Shown here: one piece after another, positions 53,012-64,000 of the stretch
How positions within the stretch are numbered: the stretch's first letter is position 1
Layout of the letters: each line of letters begins with the position of its first letter
Translations under genes and position numbers: made by a program
Source of the DNA: the human T2T-CHM13v2.0 reference genome, Homo sapiens
Reading direction: 5' to 3' (one strand)
Assembly: GCF_009914755.1 (NCBI RefSeq)
Contig: NC_060939.1
DNA length: 64,000 nt
The notes under the pieces: generated by a model
What the model was told of the DNA's origin: nothing
What the model saw: only the letters and a program-made list of their open reading frames with translations
Database searches by the model: none

Positions 53012-54161
53012 TTAAAAATTATAAGTTCTGGTTTCTAAGAAAATTAACAGAATAGAAGAACCACCAGCTAAATTTATCAAGAAAAATTGGATCATACAAA
53101 ATAGGAAATAACAAGAGAAATAACACTGGGAAAGAAACGTTTTTAAAAATTGTTAAGAGACTATCCTGCAGATTTCTATGCAAACAAATTTTGAAACCTT
53201 CCTAAAGAAATGCAATCAACTGAAATTGGCCCCATTACAAATAGAATGCTTTTAGTTTCCACTGGAAATATTCCACAAAAAGTATCACGTCTAGAGGGTA
53301 TCACAGGGAATTCTACTATATGTTCAAAGACCAGAAAATAGCTTTATAAATAACAAAAGAACATTTAAAAGGAAGGAAAACTTTATAATAATTTATTTTT
53401 TGAAGCAGTATAATACTGGTATCTAAATTCCTAAAGCCAATATAAAAAGAAAACCAAGTTCAATATTTTCCACGCATATTGAAGCAAAAACACTAAATAA
53501 GATATTAGCACACAGAATCCAATGAATTAGCACCAATAACAAGTGGGATTGATTCAAATTATCTGGTCATCTGCCTTAGCCTTTATGACTCATGATTTCC
53601 ACTGGCTTATCATAGTTTTCATCATTCTGGTCATGAGTTCCTATTGAGGATCATATGAATTGGCCATCAAAGAGAAAAACTGGATGATCAGAGCATCTGG
53701 AAAGAGCAATGCTGAGATAGACACAACTTAATATTTCACCCTCAGAATGAAAACTGCAAAATCTTGAGTGTTCTAAAATGATTGGTTAATATGAAGATTT
53801 TGCATTATTTATGTAGATGTAAGAATTTAAGGTAGAGATTCAAAATGCTTCAGGCAATCTTATGGAAAAACGTCTACATAGTCATTTTTTCCCATGCTCT
53901 CCTGCAGAAACCTTCACCCTTCTGGCTGCTATTTCTCAAAAACTTTTCATAGCTGTTTAAGAAAGATTTATCCGGAGTCATTTAAATATAAAGTGACTCA
54001 TGAATGGTTTTGAGTGAGCCCTTCCATTATGCCATTTTCCCTCTAAACTTGTTCAATTGGCTGGATTATTGAGCACTAATTTTGTGCAACCCATGAAACT
54101 AGACTCTGGGCCAGCTCCATTGTTTTCCCTTGAAAAAATTATTTCAAAAAGCTCTATTTTC

Positions 54162-54465
54162 GCTGGGCGCGGTGGTTCACGCCTGTAATCCCAGCATTTT
54201 GGGAGGCCAAGGCAGGCAGATCACGAGGTCAGGAGATCAAGACCATCCTGGCTAACACGGTGAAACCCAATCTCTACTAAAAATACAAAAAATTAGCCGG
54301 GCATGGTGGTGGGTACCTGTAGTCCCAGCTGCTGGGGAGGTTGAGGCAGGAGAATGGCGTGAACCCAGGAGGTGGAGCTTTCACTGAGCCGAGATTGTGC
54401 CACTGCACTCCAGCCTGGGCGATAGAGCAAGACTCCATCTCAAAAACAACAACAACAACAACAAC
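54162..54465 (+). mobile_element. AluY with (AAC)n tail
   Basis: Y diagnostics; TSD ctctattttc. Confidence 0.95.
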
Positions 54466-54974
54466 AAACTCTATTTTCTTAGTCTTACCTTTTTGTCTAA
54501 ATTTCAAACTGGTGTTAAACTTAGTAATAATAATAACTTATTATATAACAAAAAGATCTCTTTATTTAAGTGTGAAATTCTTATTCAGTATTTTTAAAAT
54601 TTCTTCCACTGAGAGTATAACATTTAATTAAAAGGGTCAGATTGATGATGTGATTTCCAATTGAGGAGCAAAAATGGTCCTCTTTCTTTACAGCAGGTCT
54701 GAAGGGAGAAATTTCTGTAAGAATTTGTTGCCAAAAAAAGTAAAATCTTTGTTTCCCTAAGGATTCCACTGTGCTTTTTTTCATTCACGTGGTGAAAGCT
54801 ATGTAAATTACTGTGTCATGCATTTTTTACCCTCGCTTCTGAGAAAAAAATTAGACGCTTATTTGATATTTATTTATGGCAAGAAAATTAATCTATAGGG
54901 TAGAAATATTTTTTTGCTCTCTATTTTTGTCTCTTTTTATTTATATTATTTTTAAACATATGTCTTCTAATATA

Positions 54975-55125
54975 TACATGACCATTACTAAAATAGTAAG
55001 ATTTTAATTGTTTTCACCATAAAGAAATAATAAGCATGTATGGTGATTCGCGTATACATGAATCAAAGCATCATACTGTACCCAATAAATACATACTACT
55101 ATTTGTCAATTAAAATCAATAAATA
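54975..55125 (+). mobile_element. L1MA 3' end fragment
   Basis: agattttaattgttttcaccataaagaaataataag...atttgtcaattaaaat. Confidence 0.65.
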
Positions 55126-55402
55126 GATAATGTTAAAGAGAAAAATATCAGGAATAAAATGTGAATGGTGTTTACTGTTATTAGTGGAGTTTTTTTCTCA
55201 TCCTTTCCCTGTAGTCTGATGGGGCATTGGCAACACCTCATTCATTCATTCATTCATTCACCCATTCAAATATTTATCGAACACCAACTGGATGGGACTG
55301 GTTGTGTCAAGGATACAGATCCTCAGAAGTAATGACAAACAAGATCTGTGGCTGTAGACTGCGACTAAGTCAAAGACTCCAGAGAGGATACTGAGCAGGC
55401 AG

Positions 55403-55853
55403 TGTCAGGCCTCTGAGCCCAAGCTAAGCAATCGTATCCCCTGTGACCTGCACATATACACCTAGATGGCCCGCAGCAAGTGAAGAATCACAAAAGAAGT
55501 GAAAATGGCTGGTTCATGCCTTAGCTGATGACATTCCACCACAAAAGAAGTGAAAACGGCTGCTCCCTGCCTTAACTGATGACAATACTTTGTGAAATTC
55601 CTTCTCTTGGCTCATCCTGGCTCAAAAGCTCCCCAACTGAGCACCTTGTGACCCCTACCCCTGCCAGCCAGAGAACAACCCCCTTTGACTGTAGTTTTCC
55701 ACTATCTACCCAAATCTTATAAGATGGCCCCACCCCTATCTCCCTTCACTGACTCTCTTTTCGGACTCAGCCTGCCTGCACCCAGGTGATTAAAAAGCTT
55801 TATTGCTCACACAAAGCCTGTTTGGTGGTCTTTTCACACGGATGCGCGTGAGA
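55403..55853 (+). mobile_element. LTR7 (HERV-H) solo LTR
   Basis: tgtcaggcctctgagcccaagctaagc...ggtgattaaaaagctttattgctcacacaaagcctgtttggtggtc; perfect TSD GGCAG. Confidence 0.95.
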
Positions 55854-57989
55854 GGCAGACAGCACATGTCAAGTCACCCAGAACCATGCGGTTGAGCTAG
55901 CTGTGACTAGCATTTGGGAGCTTAGAGCCCAGTGCAGTCTTATCACTGTAATGCTTACACACTTTCATTGACTTCCAAGTTGGGAAGGCCTGTGCTATAG
56001 TCCTGGTTAATTAATAGAAATGATGGATGGTGGTGGTTTTAGAGCGATTTGGAGGAACTGAAACAGACTGGGAAGCAAGAATCTGAAAGGCATGGCATAG
56101 CATCTTACAGTGAAGAGGCCAGATAAAGAAAATAAAAACTGAACAGTGTAAGAAAAACTATGAGAAACACAGACTCTGTCTTTTCTAATCTTCACTCACA
56201 TTTGATGACTCTGCATCTTCACTAAAAATGGTAGGTAATTTCATAACTGTTTTAGTTAGAAAAAAATTAACATTTTATGGGACAAGAGAATCTTGAATCA
56301 CCCCTCAGCAATATCATGATAACTTGGGCAAAGCAAATACTGACAAATTCAGAATGGCTATAACCAAGTTGTCATTAGTTCTGCTCAGTGTTTAGAATGT
56401 TCACAGAGTGCTATTTCTTTAAAAAAATAAAATAAAAAGCTGATTTTTTTTGGCAAGAAAGTAATTGTGAAGTGTTTAAGTAAATGAAATGAGCTCTCTT
56501 TGCATTGAAATGTAAAGCTCCCATTTCCTCTCTTTAAATGTGTAAAGGATTTTTTTTTGTCAGTTTCAGCATGAAGAAGCATTAAAATTCATCTCATCCA
56601 AAACCTGTAGTGGATTTAAAAAAAAGATGTTAAATATCAGCAAATAGATCTGATAATCTGCAGAGTATTTCTGCTGTCAAGGAAGGACCATGGAATACAA
56701 AACACGTGTTCCTGACTTGACATCCCTTGGCATCTTGTAAATAGCCTCCACGAATCCATACCTTAAAAACTGCCAACAACAGCAAAATTGTGCACAAGTT
56801 TCTAGTAAGTTAAGCAAGCAAAGCAGAGAGAGGAAATGTGGCTAGATTGCATATAAAAACCGAGGGACCCCGAAAACTGACCTCGAAGTCATTTTACCAA
56901 AAGATACTCTCTGCATTTCTGCAGAATTGTCCTTTTATTTAAAATCAAACCGCATTTCGTGATATGTGTGCATGTCTGAGTAAATAAGAATATGGAGAAT
57001 AAGCACGTTAGGTGGGGCAGGGGAAGATGATGAGGTAAGTGGGAAGAATTTTTCATGTGAAAAAATAAACTGCTGAGTAATACAAAATAGACTTTTCTTA
57101 TGATTAAAGGTTTTTACCTCAAGAGGATATTGAAATAATCCTTTAGCCTGGATTTCTAACACTTCAATGCTACCTTCCTCAAAGGGGGAGGAAAATCACA
57201 TTTATCAGTGTGTTTTCAGATTCAAAACTCAAAAGACGTGTTTGTCTCCTGGAGTTTGGAAGTGCCTTCTTTCTTCCTGTGCAAATTGCAAATGCAAAGG
57301 CTGCAGGAGACTAAGCAAAGGCCACATAGGGCGTCCTGTTGAGCAAAGCTTAGGCTGACTATCACCACAAACCTATTTCCTTGTTTCCCCTCAACATTTG
57401 AGAGATTTGTTCCACAAACTTGAGAGACTGGTTCCATTAAGAATTTCCATTAAGCAGTAGTTCACTCTTTTCCTTAAATTATTAATCAAGAAAATTGGCA
57501 ATTAGAGCTTCTAATTAGCATAATGTATATTGACATTACCTACCACTAGTTATTATTCCAGCCCAAAGCCAAAAATATCATTTTTTTATGCTGCTTAAAA
57601 TTGTACTGAGTACTGAGATAAATATGCATTTCCGTACATGGAAAATGATGATGGCATTTGTTGAGAATACATTGTATGATCTATGATTTATAAATATAAT
57701 TTTATTTCATTCCTATGACAGGTCGGCAAGATCAGAATTAGACAACTTTGAGGTCTATAAAATAACATTGTTCAAATCTCATATTAGAGTGTGAAAGCTG
57801 AATTTTGAAATCCTATTTGCAGGATGCGGGTATCTATGGCTTTTTTCACCATTCCCTGAAGACTTTTTGACAAATAGCTCAGTCAGCTATAACTTATGGT
57901 CCACAAAGTTTCTGGACACACCAGTTTGGACATATATTGCTTCTCTAAACCTTCCTTAGAGCAAAGCACTTTGATAAAAATACACATAG

Positions 57990-58320
57990 ACATATTCCAC
58001 TACCACTTCCAGGAAACACAAATAAACATGCAATGTTTAAAAGTAAAACCATTCTGCAGCTTACATCTTCTATTAGTACGTATAGATCAACTTCATTTTT
58101 TTCGATGGTTATTATACTGTACCACAATTTATTAAATATTTCATTATTGATGAACATTTTGATAGCATTTTTTTGGTAGGCAACAATTCTGCAATATATG
58201 CATACATTTATATTTTGTGGATTTTCACTAATGTTTCTAATCCCTGCCATTCAAAATTATGGGCAAATGAATATGTACATGTTAACATTAGAAAGACACT
58301 GCTTAATAGCCCATCCAAAA
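57990..58320 (-). mobile_element. Old L1ME 3' fragment
   Basis: tattatactgtaccacaatttattaa...tattgatgaacattt. Confidence 0.5.
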
Positions 58321-58339
58321 GTCATGGTGATGGATTGCT

Positions 58340-61300
58340 GAGCCAGATGGCTGACTTTCTGGCACTCATCCTCCCCGACAAAAGAAAACCAAAACAACAA
58401 ATAAACAATAGTATTTTGATTGGACTGAAGTTACTGAGGCAGTATGCTACAGAGCACAAGGAAAGCAGCAAAATCCCTGTGGAACCTAGACATCCATGAT
58501 AGCACAAGGGAGAAGCAAGAAAGTCGTTTTGTCTCTGCTACACTATCTCCTCTGCTTGGATTGGCTCAAAATCAGGGTAAACTTTTTCCTATGGAGGAAA
58601 GTAAGCTAGAGATCTCCTGCAGTCCTCATTATTACCTCAAATGCCAGCAATCCTTGCTACAGGAGAGTCCTCTAATTCTGACAGGCCTGGAATCAAGTTT
58701 GGAGAGTAGCCTGAAGTTCCCACTACTGCATTACCTGAGTAGAAGCCTATGGTGGACATTCATCACTCCTGTGATCTAAGCTCTAATGGCATGATGCGTT
58801 CTTGAAACTGAACTTACTGTGTCCGGAATTTATTCCTTCCTGTAGGTTCTTGGTCTCGCTGACTTCAAGAATGAAAATAGCCACACGGTGAGTGTTACAG
58901 TTCTTAAAGATGGTGTGTCCGGAGTTTGTTCCTTCAGATGCTCAGATGTGTTCAGAGTTTCTTCCTTCTGGTGGGTTCGTGGTCTCACTGACTTCAGGAG
59001 TGAAGCAGCAGAACTTTGCAGTGAGTGTTACAGCTCATAGAGGTAGTGAGGACCCAAAGAGTGAGCAGCAGCAAGACTTACTGTGAAGAGCAAAAGAACA
59101 AAGCTTCCACACCATGGAAGGTTACCAGAGCATGTTGCTGCTGCTGGCTCAAGTGGCCAGCTTTTAATCCCTTATTGGGCCCCGCCCACATCCTGCTGAG
59201 TGGCCAGCTTTTAATCCCTTATTGGGCCCCGCCCACATCCTGCTGATTGGTCCATTTTACAGAGCTCTGATTGGTCCGTTTTACAGAGTACTGATTGGTC
59301 CATGTTTACAGAGTGCTGATTGGTGTGTTTATAAACCTTTACCTAGCCACAGAGCACTGATTGGTGCGCTTTTTACAGAGTGCTGATTGGTGCATTTATA
59401 AAGCTTTAGCTAGACACAGAGTGCTGATTGGTGTGTTTACAATCCTTTAGCTAGACAGAAAAGTTCCCCAAGTCTCCACCCCACCCAGAAGCCCAGCCAG
59501 CTTCACCTCTCACTACGGCCAGAGTGTATCCTGCAGTGGGGGCCAGTAGCCACTGCCTCTCTTCATCCTTGAGTCTCTGCTATCATAACATAATATTAAC
59601 GTGAGTACCTGCTACAATAAAACTCTTGCTGCTTGGAACCTATGGCAGAAGAAACAAACAAAACCACAATGTTCAAACCCACGTGGCACTCCACTTCCTC
59701 CAGGAAACAGCCAGCCCTTCACAGCAGGGAAGTTGCTGAAAAGTTGGTTGGCCAACCTCACCTGTGCATACCCATGCAGCACAGCCAGCCTGATGATGAG
59801 CCTGCATGCACCCATGGCCAACCCAAGAGCTGGTCCTGTGGTGGCCTTCACCCTTTGATAGACTGTGGAAGAGTGGTCTGGCCCATCATGCTCAGTACAA
59901 TAACCAGCCAAGTGCCCTATCCTACAACAAAACCATGCTATCATTATCACAAATTTCCGCAGCTTAGACTACTAGACAATCAGACACACTAGTGACAAAG
60001 ACTATGGCAGAAGAGACTGCATGAAGTCCATGCAACTGAATCTACCCAGAATCAAAATTAATGTACTGCATCCTACTGATCTGCTAGGACCCAGCAACCC
60101 ATAGGGAAAATGTTTCTTCCTATGAAAGCTATGCCTTAAAATTGGAAAATGCAACTATTCCACTAGATATACAGGTATCAAGAAAGGGACACAAGAAACA
60201 TGAAAAACAAGGAACCATGACACTTCCAAAGGAACACAGTAAGTCTCCAGTAACAGACCCCAAAGAAAGGGACATTTACAAAATGCAGAAAAAGAAATGA
60301 AAAATAGTGATCTTGAAGCTCAGTAAAATATAAGATAAAGCAGACAAATAATTTCATAAAAATCAGAAAAACAATTCATCATCTGAATGAGAAATTCAAC
60401 AGAGATAGATATTATATAACAAAGAACCCAATAGAAACCTTGGAACTAAAGAATTCAATGAATAAAATAAAAAATAAATTGAGAGTTTCAACCACAAATT
60501 AGTTCAAGCTGAAGAAATAATTTTTTTGAACTTGAAGATAGGGTTTTTGTTATAACTCAGTCAGAGGAGAAAAAAAGACCTTAAAGAAGAATAAAGAAAG
60601 TCTATGGAACCCAAGAGACACAGGCAAACAAATCTTTGCAACATAAGGTTGCAAGAGAGGGAAGAGATGAATAAAGACACTGAAAACTTATGTAACAAAG
60701 TATTAGCTAAAAACTTTCGAAGTATTGAGAGAGATATGGACATCCAGATCCAAGAAGCTCATAGGTTCCCAATCAGATTCAGTCCAAAAAGATTCTCTCC
60801 AAGGCACACTGTAATAAAAATGTCAAAAGCAAAAAGCAAAAAGAATTCTAGAAGCTGAAAGAGAAAAGCATTAAATTACATATAAGAGAATCTCCAATTT
60901 ATCATCAGCAATTTTTTAGCAAAAATTATGCAAGCCAAGAAAGAATGGGTTGATATATTCAAAATGCTGAAAAGAAGAAAAAAAATTCTGCCAAGAATAC
61001 TATATTCAGTAAATCTCTTCTTTAAAAATGGAGGATAAATAAACACCTTCGCAGTCAAGCAAACAATGATGGAATTTATCACCACTATGCTGGCTTTACA
61101 AGAAATGCTTAAAGGAGTAAGTACTACAACTCAAAATAAAAGGACAGTAATTTCTGTCATGAAAACACACGAAGTTTAAAACTCAGCAGCAGAGTTAAGT
61201 TCATTAATCAAACTCAGAATATTCCAGTGTTGTAAAGTATTATGTAAATCTTTCAATCCTATAGTATGGAGGCTTAAAGACAAAATAATCAAAACAACAA

Positions 61301-62718
61301 TAGCTATAATTAGTAGCTAAGAAACATACAATACATAAAGAAGTAAATTGAGGCAATAAAATGTCAATTGTGTGTGTGGGGATAAAATCTAAAGTATTTT
61401 TATGCAAACAATGTTAAGTTGCTATTAGTTTAAATCAGTCAATTATAACTACAAGACTCTTCATGTTAGACCTATGCAAATCACAAATAAAGAAATTACA
61501 GCAGATACAGAAAATAAAAATGAAAAAGGAAATAAAGTTTTGAAGCACAGAAAACCACCAAACGAAAGAGGTAAACAACAAGAGAAAAAGACATAATCAA
61601 AAGATCTACAAAGCAATAGAAAAACAACTAACAAAATGGCAAGAGTAAGTCCTTGTATATCAATAATAATCGTCAATGTAATGATTTAAATTTTCCCATT
61701 AAAAGATACAGAGTGGCTGAGTGAATATAAAAGCAAAATCCAAATATGTACTGCCTAATAGAAACACATTTTACCATTAAAGACAAAGATCGAATGAGAG
61801 TAAAAGAGTAAAGAAAGATAATTCATGCAAGTGAAAATCAAAAGCAAGTAGGAGTAGCTATAATTTTATCAGATAAAGAAGACTTTAAGTCAGAAATTAA
61901 AAAAAAAAGACAGTAAGGTCAATACATAACAATAAAGGGATCAGTTTAGTGAGAGGACACAACAATTCTAAATATATATGTGCCCAACACTGGAGCACCC
62001 AAATAGATAAGGTAAATATTATTAGATCTAAAGGAAGATATAGACAGCAATACAATAATAGTAGGTGACTTCAACACCCCACTTTCAACAATGAATATAT
62101 CATCCAGACAAAAAACAACAGAGAAACTGAACAACTTAACTGAAACTTCATAGACCAAATAGTCCTAACAGACATTTACAGAACGTTTTATGCAACAGCT
62201 AGGGAATACACATTCTTCTTAGCTACACATAAAAGATTCTCCAGGATAGATCATATGCTATGCCCCTAACAAGTCATACCAAATTTATTAAGGAGGAGAT
62301 TATAACAAGTATATATTTTTCTTATACACAGTAGTATAAAATTAGAATTTAAGAAAAGCTTCAGAAGTTTTACAAATACATATAAATTAAACAACATGCT
62401 CCTCAACAACCAATAGGTCAATGAAGAAATTAAAAGGTAAATTAAAAAAATAAATTTGAGACAAAAATAAAAACACATTATACCAAAACACAGCAAAAGC
62501 AGTTCTAGGAGGGAATCTTACGGCAATGAACACCTACATTAAAGAAGAAGTAAAATTTTGAATAAAGAACCTATTAATACACCTCAAGTAACTACAAAAA
62601 CAAGAACAAACCAAATCCAAAATTGATAGAAGGAAAGAAATAACAAAAGTCAGAGGAGAAATAAACAAAATAGAGACCCACCAAAAAAAATCAAAAAAAT
62701 TAATGGAGCAAATAATTG
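58340..62718 (+). mobile_element. Old L1M element: 5' UTR, ORF1 (~60170-61120) and ORF2 endonuclease region (from ~61636)
   Basis: agatggctgact 5' end; ORF 60604..60858 DIQIQEAHRFPIRFSPKRFSPRHTVIKMSK is ORF1p-like; EN motifs tatgtgcccaac and ggtgacttcaacacccc. Confidence 0.9.
58818..59512 (-). mobile_element. LTR12 (ERV9) solo LTR inserted in the L1 5' UTR
   Basis: tgtgtccggaatt...gacttcaggagtgaagc...repeated gctgattggt...gcttcacctctca; TSD TTAC/CTAC. Confidence 0.92.
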
Positions 62719-63272
62719 ATTTTTTTTCTTCCCAACTTTTATTTTAGGTTCGAGTATACATGTACAGGTTTGTTACATGGGTAAATTGTTCACCATGGGG
62801 GTTTGGTGTGCATATTATTTTATCATCTAGCTAATAAGCATAGTACCTGATAGGTAGTTTTTTTATCGTTACCCTACTCTCACTCCCCACCCTCTAGTAG
62901 GACACACTGTTTATTTTTCCCTTCTTTTGGCCATGTGTACTCAACGTTTAGCTTGCATTTATAAGTTAGAACATGCAGTATTTGTTTTTCTGTTCCTGTA
63001 TTAATTCACTGAGGATAATGGCCTCCAGCTTCACCATGTTGCTGTAAAGGACATAATTTTATACTTTTTATGGCTGCATAGTATTCCATGGTGTATATGT
63101 ACAACATTTTCTCTATCCAGTCCACCCTTAATGGGCATCTATGTGTTGATTCCATGTCTTTGCTATTGTGTATAATGCTACAATGGGCATACGTGTTCAT
63201 GAGCCTGTATGGTATGACAATTTATATTCCTTTAGTGTATAATGGGATTACTGGGTTGAATGGTGTTTCTGG
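62719..63272 (-). mobile_element. L1PA15/16-like 3' end
   Basis: caacttttattttaggttc...ggggtttggtgt...taagcatagtacc...ggctgcatagtattccatggtgtata. Confidence 0.85.
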
Positions 63273-64000
63273 TTTTTTTTTTTTTTTGTCGTTTTGTTTT
63301 GTTTTTTTGTCTTTTGTAGAGATTGGCAGACTTTAATATTCAAGAAAAATTAATTTCATCATACACATTAAAAATATAGGAAATTTCATGCAGACATGAA
63401 GCTTCCAATTCAGCTTTTGTGGCAAATTTTAGAATGAGAGTTACATATAAATACAGTACATTTTACAGTTAAACTTTATAATTTTATACTATTTATACAG
63501 CTTCTCCTTATATTGTACATATTCCACCTTGCTCACTTGATTAATGTACCCTAATCAAGTGCAGTGTATCTGCACTGCTTCAGAATTGGAAATTAAAGAA
63601 GAAAAACCACAAGCACAATGGACTGTCTCCTCTCGTTTCACAAAGTATATGAAAAAGTTTGTGTATATAGCTAATTTAAGAAAAACATTTTAAACTTTAA
63701 AGCTTACATACTTTAGTAGCTAGGACTAAAATTAATACAAAATTAAATAAATCCTCCAGCGATACTTCTATTACCCATTGATACCACATTTTCAAATTTA
63801 GAATATATTAACTGCAAAAGCTATAAGAAAAAAAGTGATGCAAATTTGTATAGAACATTTAAAAAACAACATTCATGATATGAGGGATAAATTAACAAAT
63901 GAAGTAACTGATTTCAGAATTAACTAAAACATATGCTATAATTTAGAAATGTAACATTATTAAAGAAAACCTAATAGAAAAAAAATAATTAATAAAGCCA
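63273..64000 (-). pseudogene. Probable processed mRNA retrocopy, 3'UTR end with polyA tail; parent gene not recognised; runs off the window
   Basis: Decayed T tract 63273-63316, ATTAAA on the minus strand at 63332-63337, then U-rich non-repeat 3'UTR-like sequence. Confidence 0.7.

Noticed and set aside
59246-59431. Regularly spaced gctgattggt repeats with variable spacers (CRISPR-like look)
   Set aside because: Normal CCAAT repeat array of LTR12 U3 in eukaryotic DNA.
63556-63585. CAGTG loops suggesting an iron-responsive element
   Set aside because: The flanking 5-bp upper stem with bulged C does not form on either strand.

Overview
This window is AT-rich primate (human-like) intergenic or deep-intronic DNA. 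I find no credible protein-coding exon, RNA gene, CpG island or CRISPR array; the listed ORFs are Alu/L1 fragments or chance open frames. About half of the window is a fossil record of mobile elements: about 17 Alus (J, S and Y types, many with visible TSDs), old L1M and primate L1PA fragments, solo LTRs (MSTA, several MLT1, MER57, LTR33, LTR1, LTR7, LTR12), DNA transposon relics (MER2, MER45, MER58, half a MADE1), and MIR/L2. All subfamily calls are by eye, not RepeatMasker. The notable structure is not explained by repeat annotation. (1) Three local sequence copies sit inside old LINEs (7935-8211 copied to 8704-8960; 49028-49238 copied to 51264-51477; 24103-24165 copied to 23253-23317). In the two long cases the donor ends at the apparent 5' edge of the interrupted LINE. 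(2) An L1 ORF1 carries an internal inversion. (3) An L1PA carries a short 3' transduction inside a MER2>MER57>L1PA nest. (4) An LTR12 core promoter is perfectly duplicated over 47 bp. (5) The polyadenylated 3'UTR end of an unidentified mRNA retrocopy lies at the right edge. Several repeat-free islands have enhancer-like motif clusters. I cannot support a claim of a new biological system; the recurrent flank-copy architecture is the best candidate for something undescribed.
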